A stretch of 62,319 nucleotides of DNA, the filler included, from Chiloscyllium plagiosum (taxonomy: Eukaryota), in NCBI RefSeq assembly GCF_004010195.1. It is 5 parts of one record of this genome, joined end to end, with 100 filler letters (N's around TTAATTAATTAA, not from the genome) between each part and the next. Parts side by side here need not be neighbours in the genome. Positions count along the whole stretch, not along the records: positions 1 to 20,260 come from NC_057713.1; 4 more parts are not named here. The stretch is one strand, 5' to 3'. A program made the position numbers and the translations under genes. A model generated the notes under the pieces. That model had not been told where the DNA came from. It made no database searches and worked only from the letters and a program-made list of their open reading frames with translations. Below, piece by piece: positions 1 through 13,768 of the stretch (within the stretch, counting starts at the first letter, position 1; every line of letters begins with the position of its first letter).

Positions 1-262
1 TTGACTTCTCTTGTTCTAACTTTCCCTTCAATTTCCTTTTTAAACATCCAGTTTGTCCCCTCCCCTCCGCTACTTAGTTTAAATGTAGCGGTGCTGCAGT
101 AGAAAACTTGCCTGCCAGAATGCTGGTCCCTAACCTATTAAGGTGCAAATCGTCTCTCTTGTAGGATTTATGCTTACCACAAAACATACCCCAGTGATCC
201 AAGAATCTAAATCCTTGCTTCCTGCACCAGTTCCCCCGCCACATGTTCAAACAATACAAACA
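1..262 (-). mobile_element. CR1-type LINE ORF1 (SGNH esterase) fragment
   Basis: WCRKQGFRFLDHWG...DDLHLNRLGTSILAGKF, homologous to the ORF1 ends at 58303-58530 and 58742-59270. Confidence 0.8.
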
Positions 263-394
263 TTTGCAATTTTTTTTCATTGGTCCATGGGATTTTTATT
301 TTGCTGGATGGAGCTGCATTTATTGTACATCCTGAATTCATTTCGAAAACGTGGTGGTGAGCTGCATTCCTGATTGAAGTCCTTGAGATGTAGA

Positions 395-808
395 TCTTGC
401 ATTTGTATAGCATTTTTCATGCCCTCAAGATGTTTGAAAACATTTTGCAGTCAATACTTTTGAAATGTAATCACAACTGGAAGTGCAGGGAAGCATAAAG
501 GCCAATTTTTACAGAACAAGATCCCATAAATACCAATGATAAATGATGAAAAAATCTATATTAATGATGCTTACTGCAAAATAAATGCTGGCCTGTTCGT
601 CTTCAAATAGTCAAAAGGAATCTTTTATTTCCATCTGAATGGTAGAATACGGCTTTGGCTTGCTCTTATCATCGAAAAGACAGCATCTTCAAAAGTTCAG
701 ATTTTTCCATTAGAATGTCAGCTTTGATTTCATGCTCAAGTTCCAGGAGTGGGACTTTAACACACAAGGATTTGACTCAGAGTAAAGACCGATGTAAGTA
801 GCACAAAT
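395..808 (-). mobile_element. Degenerate Deu-domain SINE (SacSINE1/AmnSINE1-like)
   Basis: Recognisable blocks gaaaagacagcatcttc...tgtcagc...tgctcaagttccaggagtgggactttaac...tgactcagag; related copies at 32520-32745 and 47640-47800. Confidence 0.65.
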
Positions 809-834
809 TACTTAATGTTAATTAATTCTCATAG

Positions 835-1385
835 TGCTGTTAGGGAATATTGACACCATAACAATGAAGGACCTGTGATATAGTTCCTAGCCAAGATAGT
901 ACATGATTTGGATGGAGCTTTATTCCTGTACATGAGCTACCCTTGTTCTTCTGGGTGGTAGAGGTCACAAGTTTGGAAGATGGCGTTGGAGGATTCTGGG
1001 TGAACTGTTGCAGAGCACCATGTATACGGTGCACACTGGCGCCATTGTAGGACAACAGTGATAAATGAATTGTGAAGGATCCATAAGGGGTGTGAATCAA
1101 GCAAACTCTGCAGTCCCAGATGATGTTCAGCACCTTTAATATTGTTGGAGCTGCAACCATCCAGGCAACTGGAAAATATTCCATAACATTCCTATTTCGA
1201 ATATTGTAGATGGTGGACGAACTTTGGGGAGACAGTTCGTGTAGGCTCAACACAACATTCTCAATGTCTCCCACATTCACAACATTCTCTATTCTGCATA
1301 AGTTATATACATAGCTCATCCAATGCAGTCACTGGTCAATGGTAATCCAGAATGTTGACAGTGGGGCTTCAGCAATAATATTACC
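835..1385 (-). mobile_element. 3' fragment of a second, older CR1/L2-group LINE family ('family B')
   Basis: Reads TIYNIRNRNVMEYFPVAWMVAAPTILKVLNII, a LINE ORF2 C-terminal region; related copies at 42985-43620 (+), 48580-49280 (-) and 50380-50560 (+). Confidence 0.7.
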
Positions 1386-1391
1386 ACCAAA

Positions 1392-1500
1392 CAGGAGAAC
1401 ATGAGGACAGCGGGTGCTGGAGATCAGAGTCGAAAAGCGTGTTGCTGGAAAAGCACAGCCGGTCAGGCAGCACCTGAGGAGCAAGACAGTAAATATCAAG
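1392..1500 (-). mobile_element. Penelope-like element terminal fragment
   Basis: ggagaacatgaggacagcgggtgctggagatcagagtcgaaaagcgtgttgctggaaaagcacag, the same family as 46310-46440 and 61683-61865. Confidence 0.7.
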
Positions 1501-3089
1501 GAGAAATGGTGAAATTCTCATTTGTTTGAAATGAGCATGCCTCACATTTATGTGACTTAGCAGTTTTAGGACAGAGGAAATATAAATGTGAATACGTCCA
1601 CTCACAGTCAAATCAATTATAGATGGGAAAATAAAGGGAGTTGTGAAGTTGGGCCAACCCTGGACATTTTAAATATGGGTCCCAGATACAAAAGTCCAGC
1701 CTAATTTTAAGTAGATCTAATTTTTACTACAAGTGAAGAGGCTGGGCTTAAATAAACAGGTGGGAAACTATCACACAGTCCCTTGAAATGAGGTTCTTAG
1801 TTCAAAGAGACTCATTTTTGGTTTCCTAAGGGACTTAACCCATGATATGTGAGTCAAGAATGCATGGCAGAGACATCAATGCTCTTGAAGGAAGAGACAT
1901 CAATGCTATTTAAGTGCTTTGATTTGAAATTATTTAAGTTCCTAAACCCTTAAAAATGAAAAACAAAATCCGGGTTGCCACTTTCAGTTCAGTTAGATAA
2001 AAAAATGCCCACTGCTGGAGTGAATTGACTGACATGCCATCTGGTGTACCTTCATGGTATAAATTAACCAACCATTCTTACATTTTCCACGTACTTCATT
2101 TTTGATGTTTTCCATGGGTTGAGCTCATTATAAATGCTTAACTGAGTTTCAAATGTTCAAAAGACCACTCATCTCCACTGGATGGCTGAGCTTGCAATTT
2201 AATTGCCAGTTTTAGAAGTATATCAAATGATTAATTTTATTTGATTCTAGTTTTCGCCACAAATTGGGTCTGTGAATTTTGCTGAATGTGCAAAACTGTG
2301 CATTGGAGGTCAAGAGACATGGATTCCTATTTTTCGTATTTGCATATTTATTCTGTTAGATATAATGGATGAGAAGCTCTGGAGGCGGTAGGAGGTATGA
2401 GTAGACATGTTAGTGGCATTGGGGTCTTTGAGGGGGCATAGAAGTGGCATTGGAGCATGAAGAGATATTGCAGGTGACATGGAGAAAGGCACCAGTGTGT
2501 GGGTGACAGGGCTGAGCGGGGTAAACATTTTTTTCTCTGAGAGGTGGATGGCCCCAATTTATTGTACCCCCACACAATTCTGGATTGAAAATTGTGAATG
2601 CAAAGATTAATTCCATGGAAACAGACGTCTTTACTCAATCTTCCCTCTTTCGTGGTGAAAATCCAAACCAAAGAGTGGGAAGGGTTAAAAGAGAGAAACG
2701 AGGCTGAGAAGAGAAGTTGGGAAGAAAGCCTTTTCTAAAAGAAATCTTCCATAACAATTGATACTCAATAGATTGAAATGCTACATTTGTATTAACTGTC
2801 AATGTTAGAAACTTTGTTTGATATTAATTAGTAATGAACACTTTGTTAGAAAGGATACTTAGGTTTGAATTAGCCTAACTTAGCATGCAAAGTATAAACT
2901 GTATAAATTGTGCAGAAACTGCAATGTTGCACCATTCAATACATTTAAATGGCGAACCAGCCAATGAGATGCTGACTTTGTAATGTTAAAAGTGGAGGTA
3001 GAGGAATCAAGCTGCAATGTATAAATTTTGGACTTTGGCAGCGCATGTGTCTATCATTTAATTTTGTTAAACTATTTGAAATCTTTAAA

Positions 3090-3362
3090 ATATTCATTCA
3101 TGGGATGGGCATCGCCGACTGGGCAAACATTTATTCTCCATCTAAAATTCCTTGAGGGCAATTATGTGTCAGCCACTTTGCTATGGGACTAGAGTCACAT
3201 GTTGGCCAGGCCAGTTAAGAATTACAGTTTTCTTTACCCCTAAAGGACATAATGAATCAAGTGTTTTTCTTTTGACAATTGACAACAGTTTCATGATTAC
3301 CACACTCATAATTCAAATTTTTTAATTTAATTCAAATTTGTCATCTGCTGTGGTGTGATGAT
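3090..3362 (-). mobile_element. tRNA-derived SINE sharing the 3' tail of LINE family B
   Basis: The minus-strand tail aataaatgtttgcccagtcggcgatgcccatcccatgaatgaa matches the LINE-B ends; the body matches 47150-47395. Confidence 0.6.
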
Positions 3363-3496
3363 AGCAGACAAATAAATAAATAATAGAAAACCGTTATTTT
3401 AGCAGATGGGTCGAGCACATTATCCTCCATTGCAGTTCTTTTTAATTTTAAATAATAAAACTAAATTGAAGCTCAATAAGAAATAACATGAAAGAT

Positions 3497-4065
3497 GAAA
3501 GAGCAAGTTTTTATTGATGTAGCAGGTTGTGTACAATTCTCATCGCCCTTCTGTTGGAGGGATATTGTTAAACTTGAGAAGGTGCAGAAATGATTTGCAG
3601 GATGATGCCAGAACTGGAGGTTTTGAGTTATAGGGAGAGGCTGGATAGGCTGGGGCTTTTTTCCCTGGAACATCAGAGACTGAAGAGTGACCTTCATAGA
3701 GGTTTATAAAATGATAAGGGCATGGATAGGGTAAATAGACAAAGTCTTTTTCATAGGGTGAGAGAGGCCAAAACTAGAGGGCATAGGTTTAAGGTGCAAG
3801 GGGATAGATTTAGAAGGGACCTGAGGGAAACTTTTATGCAGAGAGTGGTGTGTGTATGGAATAAGCTGCTAGAGGAAGTGGTCGAGACTGGTACAATTAC
3901 AACATTTAAAATACATCTGAATGGGTACATGAATAGGAAGAGTTTAGAGGGATGTAGGCCAAACAGTGGCAAAACGAACTAGGTTGGATTAGGATATCTG
4001 GTTGACATGCACAAGTTGGACCAAAGGGTCTGTTTCCATACTGTATAACTATATGACTGTATGTG
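3497..4065 (+). mobile_element. CR1 (HER1-like) LINE 3' end
   Basis: TRGHRFKV...QRVVCVWNKL...; 3' stem-loop gaccaaagggtc and microsatellite tail. Confidence 0.9.
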
Positions 4066-4454
4066 CCTGAGAATGACAATTTCGAGGTACTGTTTTACCA
4101 GTAGCACTTGATGCATCAGAAGTTGAATTCTGCATTTAGTTGCCTACAGAAACATACAAAAGGAAGTTAGAATGTCTTGGATATACCATTTTGTGTATTC
4201 AAAAATATTAATTCTTGTTTATTTATTTTTTCAATTCTGTTCTCTTTGGAATACTCAAATACCCTAACAAATTAAATATACAAATATACAGAATTGGATT
4301 TCAGGTCTCTTGGCCTTCAATCCATATTTTGGCACACTGACCAAAATTCCATAATTAGATGACAAGAATTATGTGGGTACATTTCTCCTCTTGTTAAGCT
4401 CTTCCTGCAATGTGACTGTTGGAATACTACAGTCAGAAATACTAGAAATACCGA

Positions 4455-4810
4455 GAAGCCTGGATAGAGTGGACATAAATAAGATGTTTCCACTAATAGG
4501 AAGGAAAAGGGACCAAAAGCATAGACTCAGAGTGAAAGGATTACCCTTTAGAACTGAGATGAAGAGGAGTTTCTTTAGCCAGAGAGTAGTGAATCTACAG
4601 AACTCGTTACCACAGATGGCTGTGGAGGCCAAGTCATTGAGTGCATTTAAGATGGAGATAGGCTTTTGATTATGAAGGGAATCAAAGATTATGAGAAGTA
4701 GACAGTAGAATGAGGTTGAGAAACAAATCAGCCATGATCGAATGGTGGAGCAGGCTCACTGGACAAAATGCCTTAATTTGTTTCTAAACCTTATCGTCTT
4801 ATATTGTATG
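4455..4810 (+). mobile_element. CR1 LINE 3' fragment
   Basis: LDRVDINKMFPL...FRTEMKRSFFSQRVVNLQNSLP. Confidence 0.85.
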
Positions 4811-6108
4811 GCTTGCTGAGAAAAAAACACGTTTCAAGCATGAAATACAAATTTCTGAATTGTGAGCTTAGAATTTCTTAGCAAAGTTGTTTGATCTTGA
4901 GCCCAACTTTCTGAGATTTCTAATTAGATTATGCCCTTGAAAGCATAATGGCCAATGCTTGCCATTGGATATATATCTAAAAGTAATTTCAACGTGTGTG
5001 AAATAAATTTGTTGGAAGGAGAGCGAAGATCACAAATGTTTATTTCCAATTTTTCAGCTTTAATGTGCAAATTAAATATTTTAATGCTTGTAGGCAATTT
5101 ACAAAATAGCTACATTGGAAGTACACAGTAATTTCTCTAGTCTGGAATGCTGTGTCAGGAATTTTCTGGATTATAAAAATTATATAAGCCTAATTATAAG
5201 TATGTGAACCAGAAAACAACATCAATAAAGGAGTTGGCCTGAAACAGGGTTTGATTCACTCAGTTGACTTCATGGCCAGACTATGATGCTGAATGGTACA
5301 AATGCTTTATGTTTAAACTCAGTACATGTAGTAATTGCTTTCTTACAGTATTCTTGCAGGGTCAGGCCTCTCTGTGTTTATAACTAATTGTCTTTGTCCA
5401 GTGCAGGGAGATCCTCTGGTCCTTTGTTATTTACGATCAATTACCAAAACAGTGAGGAAATGTCTCAAAGCAATCATTAAAAAATGATTTATTCAACCAA
5501 AAACTGAATTTTCCATTTTTTCACCCCCTATGAAAATGTTCTAAAATGATGCCATGATCTACTCAAAATAATTCTGGACAACTGGTGTTTCTAAATAATA
5601 GGTTTATAGACAGGGGACAGTACAGTGCTAAAGATGTCACAATAGTCCTGGTTCTTTGCAAACGCTATGCTAGTGTTTGTACATATTCATGTTCGAATTG
5701 AAAATAAGCTAATGAAGTATAATCTGTTCTCTACTCCCTCCCTCTCTGAATGTTTTCCAAGGACAACATAACTGTCAAACCTTCATGAGTTTAGGTGGCA
5801 CAACTCATTGTCTAAGCCTGTGGCTGTTGATAGCACCATGAATTATTGACCAATAAAAGTGATGTTTCGACTTGGATAAAATGGAATTCTAAATTGATCA
5901 GAATTATAATTAGAGTCGATGTATCTCCAACAGTGGGAGGTCTATTGTATCATTATCCTTTTTCCCTCAGTATTGTACAATTAAGTAATATATGGATATT
6001 GAAGCTGCTTTTTATGATGCTATTCAGTCACAGGGTGTAGGAGAGATTGGATTTATTCCTCTTCCTACACTGCCATTGGGAAATTGGTGAATGTTCTTGA
6101 ATAATTAC

Positions 6109-6135
6109 TATATATATATATATATATATATATAT
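6109..6135. repeat. (TA)n microsatellite
   Basis: Read directly from the sequence. Confidence 0.95.
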
Positions 6136-7409
6136 GGTGTAGGCACTTTCACAATGCTCTAAGGCAGGCAATTCTTATATTTTGACTTGGTGTCTATGTA
6201 AGAATATATCAATATATCCCCATCTGGACACTGCATGCCTCAGAGGGGACTTGGAGCAGTTGGTTTTCCTATACCGCTTTCATCCATATATTTCTGAGTA
6301 GTTGTTGTGACAGGTTGGAGATGTCTTCCCAAAGAAATCTCAGGACATTTCTTCTTCTTTATGACATATGGAGCGAATCAAATCATGATAACGCATCCGT
6401 GATAGTGGGGAATTTGAGAAATTCTAGCTGAACATAGATACAATTCTTTAGGTGTGTCTTTTGGACTCACAATCTGGGAACACACATTGAACCTCCTGAT
6501 GTTTGCTTAATTTTGTGTCATTATTCATGACTTGAAGTGACAGTATTGACAAACTTTGATCTAATTAGTTAGTTCTGAGTTCATTCAGCTCAGTCTGTAG
6601 CAGTTTCCATTTTCAGTTTAACATACATACAATCTGGTGTTATAGATTCAACAGATTGGTTCTGCATTTAGGGTATGCCTGGAGCTCATCTCTGCATGCA
6701 TTGCTGACTTTTCATTGAACCTTGTTAAATGGTAATGGATAATTGAGGGATATGCTGAGACACGAGGTTACAGATTGTATTTACTTATGCCATTTACATT
6801 TCAACAAATTAAGCAAAAAAGATTATTACAAGGTATTGAACAGTTTGGACCACATTTTGGAATAAAACAAAGGTTTATTGCTCTTAATTGATGAAACACC
6901 TGTCTTTAGAAGAGGTTTTGTGGCCTCAATATTGACAGTTGCCTAGCAACTCTGGTTGAATTTGATTTCTGTTTTAACCACCTAGGGGGTCAAAAAATAA
7001 CAGTAAATGAAGCAGAAATAGTAAAGAGCAGTAAGGCTGTATAATCTCGCTCTCTCGTGATTGAAATTTGAGAACCTGATAACTTCAACATTTCAGTATT
7101 TTAATTATTTTGTAAACCAGGGACACTGAATTATATCCATTATTCAAGGACTTGGATCCAGCTTAATTTCAAATTAAACTGAAGATTTATTTAAAAGATC
7201 TTCCACGGTACACAACGGTTAGCAATTTGATTTCATCAACAGGAGGCTTGGTTCACTATGAAAATTTGTCAATCTCTATTCAATAAAAAAATAAGTTTGT
7301 GGATGACGAGAAGATTATTGGGTGGGTGTGTAACAGTGACGAAGAAGGTCTTAGGAAACTGGAAGCTACAGCTAGGTGGGATAGATGGACAGATTAGTGG
7401 CAGATGGAA

Positions 7410-9752
7410 TCTACTAGAGAAGGTGCAAAGCTTAACCTACTTTTGAGATATCAGGCAGGGCAGGTGACTGAGGAGTCAGTGGGGGAGCACTTTAGGGCCA
7501 GTAACCATAATTCTATTAGCTTTAAAATAGTGATGGAAAAGGATAGACCAGATCTAAAAGTTGAAGTTCTAAACTGGAAGAAGGCTAATTTTGATGATAT
7601 TAGGCAAGAACTTTCAAAAGCTGATTGGGGGCAGATGTTTGCAGGTAAAGGGATGGCTGGAAAATGGGAAGCCTTCAGAAATTAGATAATGAGAGTTCAG
7701 AGAAAGTATATTCCTGTCAGGGTGAAAGGAAAGGCTGGTAGGTATAGGGAATGCTGGATGACTAAAGAAATTAAGGGTTTGGTTAAGAAAAAGAAGGAAG
7801 CATATGTCATGCGGAGACAGGATAGATAAGTGAATCCTTAGAAGAGTATAAAGGCAGTAGGAGTATACTTAAGAGGGAAATCAGGAGGGCAAAAAGAGGA
7901 CATGAGATAGCTTAAGGAATAGAGTTAAGGAAAATCCAAAGGGTTTTTATAAATACATTAATGTCAAAAGGGTAACTAAGGAGAGAATAGGGCCCCTCAA
8001 AGATCAGGAAAGCAGCCTTTGTGTGGAGTTACAGGAGATGGGGGAGATACTAAACGAGTACTTTGCATCAGTATTAACTGTGGAAAAGGATCCAGAAGAT
8101 ATAGAATGTAAGGAAACAGATGTTGACATCTTGAAAAGTGTCCATATGACAGAGGAGGAAGTGCTGGATGTCTTGAAGTGCATAAAAGTGGATAAATCCC
8201 CAGGGTCTAGAACTCTGTGGGAAGCTAGAGAAGTGATTGCTGGGCCTCTTGATGAGATATTTGTATCATCGAAAGTCGCAGGTGAGGTGCCGGAAGACTG
8301 GAGGTTGGCTAACGTGGTGCCACTGTTTAAGAAAGGTGGTAAGAACAAGCCAGGGAATTATAGACCAGTGAGCCTGGCATTGATGGTGGACAAGTTGTTG
8401 GAGGGATCCTGAGGGACAGGATGTATATGTATTTGGAAAGGCAAGGACTGATTTAGGGATGGTCAACATGGCTTTGTGCGTAGGAAATCATTCCTCACAA
8501 ATTTGTTTGAGTTTTTTAAAGAAATAACAAAGAGGATTGATGAGGGCAGAGCAGTAGATGTGATCTATATGGACTTCAGTAAGGTGCTCAACAAGGTTCA
8601 CCAGGAGACACTGGTTGGCAAGGTTAGAGCTCATGCAATACAGGGAGAACTAGCTATTTGGACACAGAACTGGCTCAAAGGTAGAAGACAGAGGGTGGTG
8701 GTGGAGGGTTGTTTTTCAGACTGGAGGATTGTGACCAGTGGAGTGCGACAAGAATCAGTGCTGGGTCCTCTACTTTTTGTTATTTACATAAATGATTTGG
8801 ATGTGAGCATAAGAGGTACAGTTAGTAAATTTGCAGGTGACACCAAAATTGGAGGTGCAGTGCCAACGAAGAAGGTTACCTCAGATTACAACAGGATTTT
8901 GACCAGATGGGCCAATGTGCTGAGGAGTGGCAGATAGAGTTTAATTCAGATAAATGCGAGGTGCTGCATTTTGGAAAAGCAAATCTTAGCAGGACTTATG
9001 CACTTAATGGTAATGTCCTGGGGAGTGTTGCTGAACAAAAAGACCTTGGAGTGCAGGTTCATAGCTCCTTGAAAATACACTCGCAGATAGATAGGATGGT
9101 GAAGAAGGCATTTGATATGCTTTCCTTTATTGGTCAGAGTATTGAGTACAGGAATAAAGAGGTCATGTTGCAGCTGTACAGGATAATGGTTAGGCCACTG
9201 TTGGAATATTGTGTGCAATTCTGGTCTCCTCTTATCAGAAAGATGTTGTGAAACTTGAAAGGGTTCAGAAACGATTTACAAGGATGTTGCCATGGATGGA
9301 AGATTTGAGCTAAAGGGAGAGGCTGTACAGTCTGGCATTGCTTTCCCTGGAGCATTGGGGGCTGAGGGGTGACCTTATAGATGTTTATAAAATCATGAAG
9401 GGCGTGGATAGGATAAATAGGAAAAGTCTCTTCCCTGTGGTCAAGGAGTTCAGAACTAGAGGGCATAGGTTTAGGGTAGGAAGGGAAAGATATAAAAGAG
9501 ACACAAGGAGCAACCTTTTCACACAGAGGGTGGTACGTGTATGGAATAAGATGCCAGAGGAAGTGGTGGTGGCTAGTATGATTGCAACATTTAAAAGTAA
9601 TTTGGATGAGTATGTGCATAAGAAGGGTTTGGAGGGATATGGGCTGGGTGCTGGCAGGTGGGACCAGATTGGATTGGGATATCTGGTCGGCATGGACGAG
9701 TTGGACCAAAGGGTCTGTTTCAATGCTGGACTTCTCTATGACTCTATGACTC
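7410..9752 (+). mobile_element. 5'-truncated CR1 LINE with broken ORF2 (end of endonuclease plus reverse transcriptase)
   Basis: SNHNSI, NYRPVSL, YMDFSK, SVLGPLLFVIYINDL and KFAGDTK motifs with stops and frameshifts; tail (ctatgact)n. Confidence 0.95.
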
Positions 9753-9817
9753 CTGTATATCCCCCACTCAATCTGTCACTCTGCCTTATCAAATGTATTC
9801 CTACATCACCCTTTGCA

Positions 9818-9965
9818 AGGGTTGGCACAGTGGCTAGCACTGCTGGTTCACAGCTCCAGGAACCCAGGTTCAGTTCCAGTATTGGGTGACCGTCTGTGTG
9901 GAGTTTGGACATTCTCCCCGTGTGTGGTTGGGTTTCCCCCCACATTACAAAGATGTGTAGGGAAT
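9818..9965 (+). mobile_element. HE1-type tRNA-derived SINE, 5' part
   Basis: A/B-box-like head tggctagcactgc...ggttcagttcc and the body ctgtgtggagtttggacattctcccc. Confidence 0.8.
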
Positions 9966-11983
9966 TTAATTTAATCAAAATTACTTGCCTTTCTGATGCA
10001 CCCAGCATTGTCTTTCACAGTCACATCACCATATTTCCAATTAGTAATGCCACTTACGCTCATCATTACACAATTTTATGAACCTCCCTAATTGTCAGGC
10101 TGACCAAACACACTCCACCCAAGAGGGAAATCAATGCCGCAGGTCTGTTCTTTCCTACATGGAAGAAGAAGCTTGAGTAGAACACAATAGAGAGAACAGT
10201 AGTCAGATGCTGGCATCTATAGACCTAACAGTTGATACGTGCAAAGGAGGAGATGTTAGAGATCAGTGGCAACCCTTCCCATCAGAGGTGGGAGAATCAA
10301 AATTTGCAGCTATTGACCTGACATAAAATATTATTACTCAGCATATCACACATCATTCAGTCATGTTCATATAACTGCCACAGCTAATGAAATGTGGTTA
10401 TCTCGTCTTACTAATGGTAATTCATATTCTTTGTCACCTTCACAAGCGCATCTGGATGGTGTACCCCAGACCAGCTAAATCCTTCAGAGAATTTATGTCA
10501 GAGCTCATCCTGACATGTGACAGCTTTTAGCTAAGGCAGCAGTTGGACACAATTGGACTTCCACCTTTCGTCTCACTCTTCACAAGTGGACAAGAATAAA
10601 TAATGATAGGAAGGACAGTAAACGAGAGTCTGTGATGGAGAGCGTAGCCTTTTAAAGCTTTGTTTAGCTGGACACAGATGCTATTATTCAGATTGCTAAG
10701 GAAGAGTAATCATTAAGGGGCAGGAGAAAAATTTTATTTTGAGACGCATTTCATACACCATGATTGCAGAGTTCAGCTCAAACATCAATGTGTTGATGTC
10801 ACAGGACATTGCAAGTATGTCATCTTCCATGAACAGTGCCTAACTCCTTAGAATATCAATTAAGGAAATCAAATGAATGCAAGCTAATCATGACTACAAC
10901 AGTGAAATCTTTGGAGAATAACAGGATGTTCAGAATGTGTCAATCTGCTTTCTAGATTTAATCTCAGCTCAGTGTTTGGACTGGCTAAAACTTCAAAGCA
11001 TTAAATCTGTATGTTCTTTCACATTGATTTGCAATTCCTCCTCCAAAGGATCACAATTGATCTGCACTTGTTAAACATGAGGATTTTCTTTCCCATAATG
11101 ATGACCGGTGTTCTCTCATTCAACCATTTCGTCTCTAACGTAAGGTCATCATCCATTGATTGAAGCACAATATTTTCATCTGCTGAGAATTCAGAATGAT
11201 CTTTGAGCTCCGAATATTTCAAAGAGTGACATTTTTCATCATCAGTGCAATTCTTTCTTCTGTTAACTGCTTAAGAACAATGGCAGGCTGTGCACAGGAC
11301 TTGTGGAGATTTTAGGTATCTTTTCATTCTGTTAGTGCTGTGTGGTGGTCAATAATTTGACTTTTAGTTCAACACTCTTTTAAGTAATCGGACTTCTCTA
11401 ACATTTACTTAATGCTCATAAATTCAACTTCACTTTGATGCTGGACTTTAACATTTGCTAAAGTTCTCCTTAGCGTTAGAAGCCATAGTTTGGCCCTCTG
11501 CTTGTTAAGTTAAATGAGTACTTTCGTGGCTTGCTCATGAGACTCAACTGCAGATTTCAGCTGTAATTTATGGGATTAATAAATTCTGAACATTTGCTGT
11601 GGGCTTTATTCAGTTGTATATTAGGTGCTTGCAGTTGTATTTGGCTGACTTTGAAATTTCAAGAATTTGACTGCACGTACAAAGTTGACCTAATGTTCTT
11701 GTACCTAGTTTGAAGCAGGCTCAGCGTGCAGCTGTGTTGTGCCAATAGACAGAGTACTTTCCAGGCTGTCTAAAGCTTCAGTGGCTATGAACCAGTGTCA
11801 AAGACTACAGTCCTCCTTCGTGCATGATTGAAGATCTTTTTAGAACAATCTGATCGGAAACTCCTCAGAAATACTTTGCTGCATGTGGAGAATTCTGAAA
11901 CTTCAATGCTCATTTTTGATTCAACTGCTGTAAGTTCCGCTTCAGCCTTCATTCTATTCAATGTTGGGGTGTTTAAACTTTAT

Positions 11984-12148
11984 AAGGTAAAAACAATGAC
12001 TGCAGATGCTGGAAACCAGATTCTGGATTAGTGGTGCTGAAAGAGCACAAAAGGAGATAGGCAGGTAGGACAAGTCCGGACAAGTCATGGGGACAGTGCT
12101 GAGCTGGAAGTTTGGAACTAGGGTGAGGTGGGGGAAGGGGAAATGAGG
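11984..12148 (-). mobile_element. Internally deleted Penelope-like terminal element with 9-bp TSD
   Basis: actgcagatgctggaaacc terminus; aaactttat duplicated at 11975-11983 and 12149-12157. Confidence 0.7.
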
Positions 12149-13479
12149 AAACTTTATGGCTGTTCATTGCATTTACCCTGAAACATTGCCAGATCCTCTG
12201 CCTTCAGCTAAGTCTCCTCCAACATTGTCAAAGTTCTGTCCACCTCGAATGGATATTAAGATATAGTTGACAGCAGATGGTATCAGGATGTCAGCCTCTT
12301 CCTGTGACATTGTAGCTCTCCAATCTTCATTGCAGGTAAGAATGTTTCCATCTTAATATGCTGTTGCTGCTGCTGTTCATGTTGTATGTTATTAGTGCAT
12401 TCAGTGGAATAAGCTGGCCATCTTACCTTCAATTTTGTTATCTTCTTCAATAAAAGGGCAATTTCTCTGAAAACAGAGACTTTACCAGCATTGACAGTTG
12501 AGTCCAGGAATGTAGGAAAATCCAGGTCCTCTATCTCCACCAAACCATCAACATAACTGGTGCAATGGTTTTCTATCTCTCTGCCCTGACTCAAGTAAAT
12601 TTAAAATACTCTCTTGGGGCCAATCATTTTCAGCTTTGGCATCTTTTATTCTTGCTATTTGGAGCCTCTCACCTGAGAGAAATTAAAGATCTGCAACGCT
12701 TCTCATTGTTCCATCAAGGGCATTTTTGTATTGGAAGTTGATTCTCTGCACTAAGAATGATTCAACTTCAATGTATCAGCTAAATGAAGAAGATTCAAAT
12801 GATTAAATCATCTCGGCTTAATAAAAATAGTATTGGTTAGGAATGATGTACAACTTTCTGTGATATCATTCCCATTATGGTAAAGGGTAACCTGTATTCA
12901 CCCTTTCATTCTGATTTTAATATCTCTTGCACCTCTGTATGGAATGGAAGAAAACTAGAGAACTTGTGAACTCAACATGAACAACCACAACCAACTTCCT
13001 TTATGCTAGGTATGACTCCAAACAGTGGACAGATTTTTCCTTGAATTCAGGAAGATTGCCCATAAATGTAAAAAAAAAGTATAAAGTAACTCCAAAAAAG
13101 TGCAAGAGAATTCAATAGCTGAAGGATTTATGTTCTGAGAATGACAGATGACATTTTCAACTCTGTAGTTTGAGTACTGCAGAATTACTAAAACTGTGCC
13201 ACTTTTGGAAATTATAAGGGAAAGTCTGAGTGAAGTGGGTTACGACAAGATACATGGAAGACTCGAATAACAAGTACAGTGAGTCCATCTCCACATCGGG
13301 AGCAATCTGCACATCTTTCAAGCAGTGTTGAAATGCCAAACAATGGGGATTACTGCTTGTTAAACACCTTGTTAGCTCCATCACTTGCCTCAGTAATATT
13401 CAGCCTCTTTCCTTAACCTTGCCAAACAAGAGATTAATTGGGAAAACATGACAAGGAAACTAATGTCTGGAATCAGATT

Positions 13480-13768
13480 GGCAAGGTGGATCTTATTGAG
13501 TATAAAATCCCTGATTGGGGCAATTACCTGGGCTAATCAGGGAGCCTGCCTGATGGATATCAGCAGGAGCCTGTTTGTGTTATATGCATTGTTTTATTGT
13601 TTGGTTGATCAGGCTGTTTGATAAAATTTAATAAATATATATAAACAGGAGTCTCAGACAATCTCCTCACTTTAGGGACCGGCATTAAGCTAGCTGGTCA
13701 AGAGTCTATGTAAAATGCTGATGTAAATAAAGGGTGACTTGGTGACGGTATACTAACCTTTATTTCAG
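13480..13768 (+). mobile_element. LTR-like remnant
   Basis: ccctgattgg...ctaatcaggg inverted motif, TATA-like atataaa, aataaa and a ...ttatttca end. Confidence 0.5.
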
